Assembly: GCA_963768055.1 (NCBI GenBank)
Contig: CAVYGN010000001.1
Coordinates: 192,001-256,000, forward strand
DNA: 64,000 nt
Reading direction: 5' to 3'
Source: an uncultured Spirochaetota bacterium
GTDB lineage: Bacteria; Spirochaetota; Brevinematia; Brevinematales; JAOACQ01
A program made the translations under genes and the position numbers. Under the pieces are notes generated by a model, which had not been told where the DNA came from, did not search any database, and saw only the letters and a list, made by a program, of their open reading frames with translations. Of the stretch, positions 29,626 through 39,246 are shown in pieces; positions within the stretch are counted from its first letter, which is position 1; each line of letters starts with the position of its first letter.

Positions 29626-31035
29626 ATGAACTTGCATATGATCGATACCATCCTTAAAAATGAGAGAGGAGGGTCTTCGTTCTTCAATGTGGCTCTGATA
29701 GAGCTCCTTGGCGGAATTTCAGGCGATCCGTATAATAGTAAGGGTTGGGATTGTTTTTTAACGAATTTGCTTAGGGGAAAAATTCGCCCCGATTCAAGAG
29801 AAGTGAGGCGGTTTTTCCCCTTTTTATCAGTTAACGTAACCCCCATTCATGGAGATGTTTCGGACAGTCATGAGATAGATAGTTATGCTTACCTTTATGA
29901 GCGTGAAAGCCTGTTCTTAAAGAAGCTTGAAGGATTTCTTATCGGTAACAAATCCGAAATAAAAGAATACTCCAAATCTCTCGGTTCGATTTTTATTCTC
30001 AGGGATGAAATTCGCGGAATATTGAGCCGGATAATTGATAATGACAAACTTTCTGTCTTTTTTAGGGATAAGGGGGCTATAAAGGGCAAAAAACAGATAA
30101 CCTTTGTGCCTACGTTCAGATGTCCGATGAAGTGTTCATATTGTGTGAATAAGGATATTACCTTTAAGGATATGAGTTACAGACATTTTACCTCAGCACT
30201 GAGGTGGCTTGACAATAATGGATGCGATATCGTGAGTTTCAGCGGGGGTGAACCGACCTCGCATGAACGTTTCAGCGAAATGATATTATCGTTATCCGAA
30301 AAGTACGAGATACATTTTGCGACAAACCTCATGTTTGGGCCCGGCGTAAGGAATGTGTTGTATAATGAAAGCGTTACCTCGCTTACCGTTCATATGCCGG
30401 GTCCGGGGGAACAATCGAGGGAACAGAGGGAGCTTTTCATCGATAATCTCAGGGCTTTTAAATTACAGAAAAAGAAAATGAGGTTCAGGTATAATATATC
30501 GAGGTTCGAGGATGAAAAAACCTGGGAACCTCTTTTAACATTTGTTAAAAGCATGGGGCATAATATAATCAATTTCGCCCTTACGGTGCCAGGGCGCAGC
30601 CGGACAAATGAATTTGTAAACACGGGGGAGCTGAATAAAATGGGAGGAGTCGCGAAAAATTTCATAGAATACTCCGGAATAAGAAATGTGAAGGTAAATA
30701 TTTCAAAGCCTATACCTCCATGCTGCATTTCAGACGAGAAAGACCCCATAGATATTTATCCGACGATTTGCAATATATATAAGGAGGATTACACTATAAA
30801 TACCACCATCCTTCCGGATTTAAGCGTATCGCCATGCTTTGCTGTAATGAAAAAGTTCAAAATGCTGACTGATTATAAAGACTGGGACGGTATCAGGAAA
30901 GATGTAAAACCTTATGTCACAAGTCTTATTCAAAAGCCGCTGCTTGACAAATGCGGGAAGTGTTACCTGTTTATGAGGGGAATTTGCATGGGCGGATGCC
31001 TCGGCTATAAAACAGACGGCGGGTATGATGCTTGA
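29626..31035 (+). CDS. Radical SAM/SPASM-type maturase with N-terminal extension
   Basis: CPMKCSYC, GGEPT, C-terminal CGKCYLFMRGICMGGC. Confidence 0.88.
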   Translation: MNLHMIDTILKNERGGSSFFNVALIELLGGISGDPYNSKGWDCFLTNLLRGKIRPDSREVRRFFPFLSVNVTPIHGDVSDSHEIDSYAYLYERESLFLKKLEGFLIGNKSEIKEYSKSLGSIFILRDEIRGILSRIIDNDKLSVFFRDKGAIKGKKQITFVPTFRCPMKCSYCVNKDITFKDMSYRHFTSALRWLDNNGCDIVSFSGGEPTSHERFSEMILSLSEKYEIHFATNLMFGPGVRNVLYNESVTSLTVHMPGPGEQSREQRELFIDNLRAFKLQKKKMRFRYNISRFEDEKTWEPLLTFVKSMGHNIINFALTVPGRSRTNEFVNTGELNKMGGVAKNFIEYSGIRNVKVNISKPIPPCCISDEKDPIDIYPTICNIYKEDYTINTTILPDLSVSPCFAVMKKFKMLTDYKDWDGIRKDVKPYVTSLIQKPLLDKCGKCYLFMRGICMGGCLGYKTDGGYDA

Positions 31036-32002
31036 CATTGGCGACATATTCAGGACATTTGCCGGGCGTGTTCAGAAACTCAAAAATTTATTATTTTTTG
31101 CACCAAGCTCGATCATCATAGAGCCGACCAATGCATGCAATCTGTCATGCAGGATTTGCGCCGCCTCTGAAATGCTCGTAAGGAATGACTCCGGCAGGGG
31201 ATTTATGGATTATAAACTCTTTGAGGAAATATTAAAAAAAATAAAAAGGCCCGATCAAAAAATACATCTGTATTTCAGGGGGGAACCGCTTCTTCATCCG
31301 GAAATAATCTCTTTTATCGCTGAAAGCTCCCGGCATGGTTTTTTTACCACCATTTCGACAAATTCGCTTTTGATGAATGAAGAAATGTGTGAAAGGCTTA
31401 TATCCTCGGGCCTGGACAGGCTTCAGATAAATTATGACAATATCCTGGAAGAGGATTACCCGATGATCCGGGGCATCGATGAAGCGGACACTGTCCTGAG
31501 GAACATAATGATGATCCAGGAGATGAAAACTAAACTGCATAGCGAGAAGCCTGAACTCATTATTAAGGCTGTAAACCCGGGGCATAAACCGGGCATGATA
31601 AGAAAGTACATGGAATTTCTTAAACTTAAAGGGATAAAAGGCAAAGCATGCATTACCGGCTATTTTGTCTGGCCCGGAACTTTGCCCCTCGATGAATTTG
31701 AAATAAACTGGCTGCCCGCGCCGAGGGTCTGCCCCATTTTTAACCAGGGAGCGGCGGTCACTTTCGATGGCAGGGTCCTGGCCTGCAGCTATGATTACAT
31801 GGAGGCCAGCTTTATCGGGAATATCCTGGATTTTAAATCTTTAAACAGCGTTTACAGTGATCCGGGCTATAAAAATTTCAGGAAAAAGATATTATTAAAG
31901 AAATACAATGAGCTTGCCCCATGTAAAAGCTGTTTAATGCCTATGACCCCTATAGCATATAAGGAATTCGAACTGGGAGGCTTAGATAAACCGGATGCCT
32001 AA
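31025..32002 (+). CDS. Radical SAM protein with SPASM/Twitch-type C-terminus
   Basis: CNLSCRIC, GEPLLHP, CPIF...DGRVLAC...IGNI...CKSC. Confidence 0.9.
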   Translation: MMLDIGDIFRTFAGRVQKLKNLLFFAPSSIIIEPTNACNLSCRICAASEMLVRNDSGRGFMDYKLFEEILKKIKRPDQKIHLYFRGEPLLHPEIISFIAESSRHGFFTTISTNSLLMNEEMCERLISSGLDRLQINYDNILEEDYPMIRGIDEADTVLRNIMMIQEMKTKLHSEKPELIIKAVNPGHKPGMIRKYMEFLKLKGIKGKACITGYFVWPGTLPLDEFEINWLPAPRVCPIFNQGAAVTFDGRVLACSYDYMEASFIGNILDFKSLNSVYSDPGYKNFRKKILLKKYNELAPCKSCLMPMTPIAYKEFELGGLDKPDA

Positions 32003-32948
32003 TTTATTTATAACGAACGTATGCAACCTTGACTGCAATTACTGTTTTGCCAAAGGGATGCTGGGTGAGAAGGGAGTGAATGAGTTCTCGCTGGATGAAA
32101 TTAAAACCGCGGCTTCTTTCGTCAGATCCTCAGGCAAGGGCGAGAATAAAAAAAATAATATTATTTCCATTCTCGGCGGAGAACCGACCCTTCATTCGAA
32201 ATTCAGGGATATTATCGATTATCTGACCGGTAATGGATTTATTGTCAAGCTTTTTACCAACGGCACTTTTCCTGCGGCGATTTCTGATTACCTGAAAAGT
32301 CTTAAGCCCGGCCTTTTATATATTATACTTAATATGAACCGCCGGGAAAATTATTCTGATGTGAAGTGGAACAACCTTGAGCGTAACCTGCGTACATTGA
32401 ATTCTATGATTACCCTGGGGATGACTATTTATGAGAAGAAATTCGATTACAGGACCATCCTTCAGTATATCGAAACATATGATTTGAGGAAAGAGATAAG
32501 GCTTGGTATTTCCCTGCCCATTGTCAACGGAATAAATGAATTCGTCAGGTTTGATGATGTAAGGGAAATCGGCGGACGGATTGTCGAATTCAGCGGGGAA
32601 GCCTTTAAAAAGGGCATAATCGTCGGCTTTGACTGCGGATATGTCATGTGCATGTTCACAAGGAAGGAGCTCGGCATATTGCAGTCGAATAATGCGAATC
32701 TGAATTTTCTGTGCGACGGGGCGATCGATATCGGGAAGAACGGGCGTGTATGGAGGTGTTTCCCGTTATACAGCATCTATAATACCAATATCGGGAAATT
32801 TGATTCGGTAAGATCGCTCAAAGAATATTACAACTCGGCTCTGCCTGCGAAAGTAAAGGGGATATCCGGGAATTGCTCAGACTGCGATTATTTTAAAAGG
32901 CGTATTTGCTCCGGAGGATGCTATGGATTTGAATTTATACAGCAATGA
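31995..32948 (+). CDS. Radical SAM/SPASM maturase
   Basis: CNLDCNYC, GGEPTLH, FDCGYVMC, CDGAIDI...RCFP, CSDC...CSGGC. Confidence 0.9.
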   Translation: MPNLFITNVCNLDCNYCFAKGMLGEKGVNEFSLDEIKTAASFVRSSGKGENKKNNIISILGGEPTLHSKFRDIIDYLTGNGFIVKLFTNGTFPAAISDYLKSLKPGLLYIILNMNRRENYSDVKWNNLERNLRTLNSMITLGMTIYEKKFDYRTILQYIETYDLRKEIRLGISLPIVNGINEFVRFDDVREIGGRIVEFSGEAFKKGIIVGFDCGYVMCMFTRKELGILQSNNANLNFLCDGAIDIGKNGRVWRCFPLYSIYNTNIGKFDSVRSLKEYYNSALPAKVKGISGNCSDCDYFKRRICSGGCYGFEFIQQ

Positions 32949-33705
32949 TATGACAGTCCGGCTGTCTGCAGGAAAACGGCGTAAAAGTTTCCCCGACAGA
33001 CTGCCCGAGCTCAAAGGAATCCTTGAAATAAACGGCATTAAAAATGTCATTATTACATGCGGCCGGGACATTCAATATAATATTGATATGATGTCGCTGG
33101 TCATGGACAAATTCAACGTGTGGCTTGAATGCGATCCCGGGGATTATCTCCTTTATAGCAAGGCCGTCAAAGAGATCTCGCCACGCAGGGCGACGGTCAT
33201 GCCGGGATTCAGGCTTGATGGCGAAGGGATCTCCGGCTTCAGGCTGTTCATGAAGAACACTGACTTTGACATGGAATTGTCGGTGTTCATAAAGACCGAT
33301 AAAAAGAATAATGAGGACGGTAAAACGGTTTTAAGGGAAATGATGTTAATTGCGGGAGAGAGGCCTGTAACTTTCTATTGGGATTGCGGGCTGTTATTCT
33401 GCGATTTCAATGATGAGGAGCTGCTGGGATATTTTATTGAAAAGGGGAGTATGATGAGGTTTTACTGCGCGCCTGTGATGAATATAGACACAGGGTTTAA
33501 AATGAGTTTCTGCCCTTCCCTTAAATTGCGCGGCATGGATATTTTGAAGAACAGTCTTTTTATGGAGAAATCCGGCAAAGCACTGAAAAAGCTGGATTCG
33601 TACTGGAACTTCGGGATATTCGGAAAATGTTCTTCATGTCCTAATTTTCTTAAAGTCTGCTCCGGCGGCTGTAAAGCGGCAGTTAAAGAGAGTTTTCAAA
33701 ACTAA
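32923..33705 (+). CDS. Degenerate radical SAM paralog retaining SPASM cysteines
   Basis: No CxxxCxxC or GGE; WDCGLLFC, YCAP...FCP and CSSC...CSGGC align with the neighbouring enzymes. Confidence 0.75.
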   Translation: MDLNLYSNDMTVRLSAGKRRKSFPDRLPELKGILEINGIKNVIITCGRDIQYNIDMMSLVMDKFNVWLECDPGDYLLYSKAVKEISPRRATVMPGFRLDGEGISGFRLFMKNTDFDMELSVFIKTDKKNNEDGKTVLREMMLIAGERPVTFYWDCGLLFCDFNDEELLGYFIEKGSMMRFYCAPVMNIDTGFKMSFCPSLKLRGMDILKNSLFMEKSGKALKKLDSYWNFGIFGKCSSCPNFLKVCSGGCKAAVKESFQN

Positions 33706-33724
33706 TTATCACAAGGCGGTAAAT

Positions 33725-34684
33725 ATGCCAAATCTTATGATTACCAATTATTGCAATCTTGCATGCCCTTATTGTTTCGGCATTGAGCAGATGAGCCCGA
33801 ACTGCTCCCCGCAATTTATGACGCGCGATACATACTTGGATCTTCTCGGATGGATGAAAACATCGGAGCTCGATTATTTTCATCTTATGGGCGGCGAGCC
33901 TACGCTCCACGAGGATTTTCTCTGGATGCTGGAGAAGGCTTCGGAAAAGGGTTTCAAAGTGGATGTGTTTTCAAACGGAATAACAGATTTTTCTGATGAT
34001 GAGATCAAAATGATAAAGGAAAAATCCCGATTCTGGATCGTAAATGTAAACGATCCGAAAAACTACAGCGCGGATAAGGTCGCAAGGCTTGAGAAATTGC
34101 TTAAGGGCCTGAACGACAGTGCATCCATCACCTTTAATATAACGGATGAAGATTATGATCCTTCCTATGTAATAGATTATATAAACAATTTCAAGCTGAG
34201 GAGGGATATAAAGCTGGGTATCGCCCTTCCGACACTAAACCAGGAAAATAAGTTTGCATCAACCGAGGATTTTGCCGGATTGTCCAGAACAGTTGTCGAA
34301 TTGTCCTACAGGATGAAAAAAGAAAAAATAATGGGCGAGTTCGAATGCGGCGTCCCGCACTGTTTTTTCAATAATAGGCAGAGGACAATTATAAAAAAGA
34401 ATAACTTTGCCAGTTTTTCCCAGTGCTGTTCCATGCTCGATATCCTTCCCGATGGAAATGCCATATATTGTCTTCCCCTTGCCAAACTACTGAAGGAACA
34501 TTATTCCAGATTCAAAACCTACCTTGAATTATGGACCTATTTCCAGGATTATTACAGGCCTTATCGAAGCGCAGGGTATAAAAAGGAATGCCTGACCTGC
34601 AAGTGGAAGTGGAGCTGCAATGGAAGCTGCCTTTCACGGATAATGCCTTATTATATCGGGGCAGGTGATGAAGCAAAGCTTTAA
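33725..34684 (+). CDS. Radical SAM/SPASM maturase
   Basis: CNLACPYC, GGEPTLH, FECGVPHC, CCSMLDI...YCLP, CLTC...CNGSC; paralog of 31995-32948. Confidence 0.9.
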   Translation: MPNLMITNYCNLACPYCFGIEQMSPNCSPQFMTRDTYLDLLGWMKTSELDYFHLMGGEPTLHEDFLWMLEKASEKGFKVDVFSNGITDFSDDEIKMIKEKSRFWIVNVNDPKNYSADKVARLEKLLKGLNDSASITFNITDEDYDPSYVIDYINNFKLRRDIKLGIALPTLNQENKFASTEDFAGLSRTVVELSYRMKKEKIMGEFECGVPHCFFNNRQRTIIKKNNFASFSQCCSMLDILPDGNAIYCLPLAKLLKEHYSRFKTYLELWTYFQDYYRPYRSAGYKKECLTCKWKWSCNGSCLSRIMPYYIGAGDEAKL

Positions 34685-36419
34685 TGCGGTCTTATTTATC
34701 AAAAGCATAATGAAGTTCCTCTCCCCGTACATCAGAAGATACGGGAATCTAATAATAATCGGCGCGGCTATTTCATGCACCATGGCGCTTGTTAACTACT
34801 TCAACTTAAGGATCATTAAAAACGTATTTGACGAGAAATTATACAACAGCGGGTTATTAACAATCGGCAGGTCTTTATCAATGGTGCTGGGAGCTTTTCT
34901 TATGTACTACGGATTAAACTATTTCTTAACAAACATGAATAACAACATAATGCTTTCGATTAACCGAGATATAATCAGGGATTTCTATATGAGAATCTGC
35001 AGTTTTTCAATGATCTTGATGAACGAATTTTCCCCGGGCCGGCTTATGACGTTATTATTGAATGATATAGTCCAGATTACTCCTTTCGTCAATCTTATAT
35101 TCATCGAGCTGGTTAAAAGTTCATTGATCTCTGCTGTAATACTTGTATATCTTTTCAGCATATCCTGGGCTTCGGCTATAATACCCCTTGTTATGATTAT
35201 GGTTTTCCTTTTAATAAACAGGTATTTCAATTCGCGGATGCGAAAGATGAAGCCGGCGATCCAGAAAACCCTTGAAATGTTCAATAATAAGCTTCTTGAC
35301 CATTTCCAGGGAATTAAGATCCTCAAGGTATACGACCTCGACGATTATGAAAAGGGAAGGTTTTCAGAATTAAACCAGACGGTTACAAGCCAGAACCGCG
35401 GTATTCTTAAGATGGAGAATTTAAAGAAGAACACCGCCGAAATCCTTGCCGTTCTTTTCATATGCGCCGCCGCCTTCACCGGATTTATGCTTGTCAGGGA
35501 GAATATTGTCACGGCGGGGATTGTTGCGGCTGTTTTATTCGCCTGTTTTATCCTGAATAATGAACTCAAGACCATGTTTGAAATATTTTCACGGGTTTCC
35601 CTTATGTCCGTTCATCTGGAAAGGATTGAAAAGGCTTTTAAAATATCCGGAGAGAGCCCCGGCTATTCAGGCAAAGAGGGGTTAAAGACCATACTTAATG
35701 ATCCGGTAACGTCCATCTGCTTTGAGAATGTGGATTTTAAGTACTACTCTAACTATATCCTCAAATCCGTGAACTGTGTTTTTAATACCGGGGCGGTAAT
35801 AGGGATAACAGGCGAATCCGGCTTTGGCAAATCTACAATGCTGAATCTGATGCTCGGACTTATAGCCCCGGGCGAGGGGGCAATAAAGATAAACGGCATG
35901 CCCCTTGAAAGTCTCGAGGTTAAAAATTATTTGAAACACATATCTTATCTTTCGCAGAGGCCGTTTTTATTCCAGGGCTCTTTTAAGGATAATATCGCTT
36001 TCGGCGAGCGGGAAGTCGACATTGAAAAGATGGTCAGGGCTGCAAAATCCGCGAACATTCACAAGTTTATCACAGCTACCCCCATGGGTTATGATACTGT
36101 GATTTCCGAGGGAGGACTTTCAATATCCGAAGGGGAGAAAAAAAGGGTTGAAGTCGCCAGGGCCATATATAAGGATTCTTCAGTTATTGTATTTGACGAA
36201 CCTACGGAAAGCCTTGATCTTAATAATAAGTTTGCCATCGTCGACATGATCAAATCCCTCAGGGAAAAGATCATCGTCGTGGTCAGCCATGATCTTTATA
36301 CCCTTGAAAGGTGCGACAGCTGGCTAATGATAACCCAGGATAAGCGGGTCAAGGAGATCAATGCTTTCGAAAAGCTTTATGAGGAAATAATGGGCGGGAA
36401 TAAACCCTATGAGTCATAA
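34668..36419 (+). CDS. ABC exporter (fused permease-ATPase, no C39 peptidase domain)
   Basis: 6 TM helices; GESGFGKS, divergent signature ISEGEKKR, FDEPT. Confidence 0.9.
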   Translation: MKQSFNAVLFIKSIMKFLSPYIRRYGNLIIIGAAISCTMALVNYFNLRIIKNVFDEKLYNSGLLTIGRSLSMVLGAFLMYYGLNYFLTNMNNNIMLSINRDIIRDFYMRICSFSMILMNEFSPGRLMTLLLNDIVQITPFVNLIFIELVKSSLISAVILVYLFSISWASAIIPLVMIMVFLLINRYFNSRMRKMKPAIQKTLEMFNNKLLDHFQGIKILKVYDLDDYEKGRFSELNQTVTSQNRGILKMENLKKNTAEILAVLFICAAAFTGFMLVRENIVTAGIVAAVLFACFILNNELKTMFEIFSRVSLMSVHLERIEKAFKISGESPGYSGKEGLKTILNDPVTSICFENVDFKYYSNYILKSVNCVFNTGAVIGITGESGFGKSTMLNLMLGLIAPGEGAIKINGMPLESLEVKNYLKHISYLSQRPFLFQGSFKDNIAFGEREVDIEKMVRAAKSANIHKFITATPMGYDTVISEGGLSISEGEKKRVEVARAIYKDSSVIVFDEPTESLDLNNKFAIVDMIKSLREKIIVVVSHDLYTLERCDSWLMITQDKRVKEINAFEKLYEEIMGGNKPYES

Positions 36420-36903
36420 TAACGACGCCCGGCCCGGTTTTTTTAGTTCCTATTTGCTGGGACTGAGGATCGCGGGCATAAAAAAGTTTTTCAAGGGAAA
36501 TATAACTGCCATCGTACGCTCGCTTAGATTGATAGGCAGAGGGCATTTTATCAATAAAAGCGATTACATTGAGTTAAAAAAACTTCTATCGAGGGTCTAC
36601 ATATTTTCGCCCTGGATGTGGAAACAGAAGTGCCTCTACATCTCGCTTATGGAATATTATTTCTGCCCGGGCGCAGTCCTGAACATCGGGTTTGATATTT
36701 CGGAAATGAAAAATGAAGGACATTGCTGGATTACTATGGACGGGCTTATCCCTGATAAAGACCAGGAGAATCTGTGGTTTTCCAATCATTACAGGATATA
36801 TTTTTCAAGAAAAGGCGATGTGATATACTGGCTGCCGGCAAAGTACAGGGAAACTGAAAAGGTTTCAAAATTATTCGGTTTTATGAAGGGGGTAAGGCAA
36901 TGA
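36409..36903 (+). CDS. Lasso-peptide B2-like (transglutaminase-fold) leader peptidase
   Basis: KCLYISL...LNIG...GHCWITMDG, matching the CL..S / HAW catalytic pattern. Confidence 0.72.
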   Translation: MSHNNDARPGFFSSYLLGLRIAGIKKFFKGNITAIVRSLRLIGRGHFINKSDYIELKKLLSRVYIFSPWMWKQKCLYISLMEYYFCPGAVLNIGFDISEMKNEGHCWITMDGLIPDKDQENLWFSNHYRIYFSRKGDVIYWLPAKYRETEKVSKLFGFMKGVRQ

Positions 36904-38345
36904 AGAGGGTCGCTCTTATATCCCTCAATGTGAGGGGCTATTATTCGACAGCCCTGGACCTTATATCCGGCTATGCCCTGGGGGACAGCGAGATAAGAGA
37001 AAACTACTCCTTTCGTATTTATAATGTTTCCATGAAAATTGTTAAAAAGGTCCGGCTTTATAAGCCGGGGTTCGCCGATTTTTTTATCGGCTTATTTAAA
37101 GACTGCCTGCTGTTTAATTTTAAACAAGCCGATATACGGATTAAACAAGCGCTCGAATATAACGGATTCTATGTCAGGGTTTCTGAAGCCATGTCGAGGC
37201 TGGCTGCTTCAATAAAGATCCTCGCTGGTTTTCCTGATATTGTAGGGTTTTCATGCAGCGTATGGAATATCCGGGAATCTCTAAGAACAGCGGCTTTGAT
37301 AAAAAAGTTCAGACCCGGGGTGATTCTGGTCTTCGGCGGGCAGGAGGTGACCAATTCGGGGCCTGCTTTTGCCGCTGCTTATCCCTTTATCGATTATGTC
37401 GTCGATGGGGAAGGCGAACAGACCTTCAAAGAAATTCTTCTTTCGCTGCTTAAACAAAAGCAGGCTCAAACAGCTCCCATACCCGGATGCGCGGTGAATG
37501 GCGCCCCGTTTATTAAAAGAGAGCCGATAGCCGATCTTGGCGGTGTGCCGACCCCTTACCTGTCGCTGATAAAGAACAAGAAAATGATGAAGGTTGTCCT
37601 GGGATCGAAACTCGGATGCATGATAGAGTCTTCAAGAGGCTGCCCGTTCAAATGCACCTTCTGCTTCGAATCCGACCGTTTTAATTCTGTGCGCTACAGG
37701 CCTTTAAAAAATATCACTGATGAATTAATGCTATTATCATCTCTTGGCGCTTATGGTTTTCATATTCTCGACCCGACCCTCTGCGGACTGAATAAGGGCA
37801 GGACCAGGGAGATAGCTGACATAATCCGCAGCATAGAGGGCCATGAAAATTTTAAAATTTCAGTAGAGGTATACCTCGATTACCTGATCGAGGGGATGAT
37901 CGGCGATCTCGATGTGTTTTATTCTTTTGATGCCGGGCTCCAGACTGTAAATCCCCATGTTTTAAAAAAGATAAGGCGGGTATGGAACCAGGAGCGGTTT
38001 ACACGAGGGTTTTCACTGCTCAAGCAGTTAAAAGGAAAGATTATTGCGGTGTACCTGATTTTCGGCCTGCCTGGGGAATCCTATTTCAGCTTCATAAAAA
38101 GCGTCATTTACGTTTTAAGCCTTGAGCCCGATTTATTTTATGTTAACAAGTTAAGCCTCCTCTCCGGTACGTCCCTGAGGAGGGACGCTCCGGCCTTAAA
38201 ACTGGATTACTCGGAGTCTCCTCCTTATCATATCAAATCCACCCCGGATTTTTCCGAAGAGGAGATAGGGCTTTGCGATATATTCACCAAGAGCATGATG
38301 TGGGAATTCAACACATACAATTATAGGAGAAGTATTAATGCTTGA
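36900..38345 (+). CDS. Cobalamin-dependent radical SAM protein
   Basis: DIVGFSCSVWN, VFGGQE, DGEGE, SRGCPFKCTFC, IFGLPGE. Confidence 0.92.
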   Translation: MKRVALISLNVRGYYSTALDLISGYALGDSEIRENYSFRIYNVSMKIVKKVRLYKPGFADFFIGLFKDCLLFNFKQADIRIKQALEYNGFYVRVSEAMSRLAASIKILAGFPDIVGFSCSVWNIRESLRTAALIKKFRPGVILVFGGQEVTNSGPAFAAAYPFIDYVVDGEGEQTFKEILLSLLKQKQAQTAPIPGCAVNGAPFIKREPIADLGGVPTPYLSLIKNKKMMKVVLGSKLGCMIESSRGCPFKCTFCFESDRFNSVRYRPLKNITDELMLLSSLGAYGFHILDPTLCGLNKGRTREIADIIRSIEGHENFKISVEVYLDYLIEGMIGDLDVFYSFDAGLQTVNPHVLKKIRRVWNQERFTRGFSLLKQLKGKIIAVYLIFGLPGESYFSFIKSVIYVLSLEPDLFYVNKLSLLSGTSLRRDAPALKLDYSESPPYHIKSTPDFSEEEIGLCDIFTKSMMWEFNTYNYRRSINA

Positions 38346-39246
38346 TTATCATAATACTTGCGTCTGCGAGGGAGCGCCATGGTACGGCAATATACCTGTT
38401 ATTAATGAGGAGGGGTGTTCAGCCCTTCCGAAAGAATCGGTGATAAAGGATATAAGGGGCGGAAGAGAAAAAGGAAATATAGCACTTACAGGGGGCGAAC
38501 CGCTCATGCATCCGGATATCATGGATTTTATTTTTGAATCCGCCTGCCTGGGTTACCGGAGAATAAAGCTGATGACTGGCGGCAGTAGATTAGCCGATAC
38601 AGGTTTTCTGAAATCGCTGATCTACGCCGGCGTTTACTTGTTTGAAATCCCGGCATGCAGCCCGGATGACCTGACAAAAAAAGATCCTGTCAGATCGGTT
38701 AGAAAATCCTCGGAAGGGCTCAGGAACATCAGGAAAATAGCAGAACTTGACACATATTTTTACAACATATATGTCGCCCTCGTTTTGCCGGTTTGTTCCC
38801 TGAACTATGGAATTCTTGAAGAAATACTTGGTGCAGTGATAGAAGACGTCAAAGTCGACAGGGTTATATTCTGCTGGGGAGAGCCGGGTTTCGATATCCG
38901 GAAAGCGGGTTTATCCCTGGGCGGGGCGATCGGGAAATGCGTTAAAAACAAGATATGGGCATTTACGCGGGGGATCCCCCTTTGCGCCATTCCCGGAAAT
39001 CATATATACCATATGGAAGAGCTGTATGTTTCCGGCGCTCCGGATACGGGTTTCGACCTTTCAGGGCCATGCAGGGAATGCTGGGCTAGAAGTCTGTGCC
39101 GGAGATTACCCGGCCCGCTTGCTTCCTTCAAATATGCGTGGAATCCGAGGGCTGTCGAAGCTGAAAAATATACTCCTTATGTAAAGGACATCCTGGAAAA
39201 GGGATACGTTTTTGATGCTGAAAATGAAAAACTTTACAGCTCATAA
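38338..39246 (+). CDS. Degenerate radical SAM-like protein
   Basis: LTGGEPLMHP, GIPLC and CREC...LC present; N-terminal motif reduced to CVC. Confidence 0.65.
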   Translation: MLDYHNTCVCEGAPWYGNIPVINEEGCSALPKESVIKDIRGGREKGNIALTGGEPLMHPDIMDFIFESACLGYRRIKLMTGGSRLADTGFLKSLIYAGVYLFEIPACSPDDLTKKDPVRSVRKSSEGLRNIRKIAELDTYFYNIYVALVLPVCSLNYGILEEILGAVIEDVKVDRVIFCWGEPGFDIRKAGLSLGGAIGKCVKNKIWAFTRGIPLCAIPGNHIYHMEELYVSGAPDTGFDLSGPCRECWARSLCRRLPGPLASFKYAWNPRAVEAEKYTPYVKDILEKGYVFDAENEKLYSS

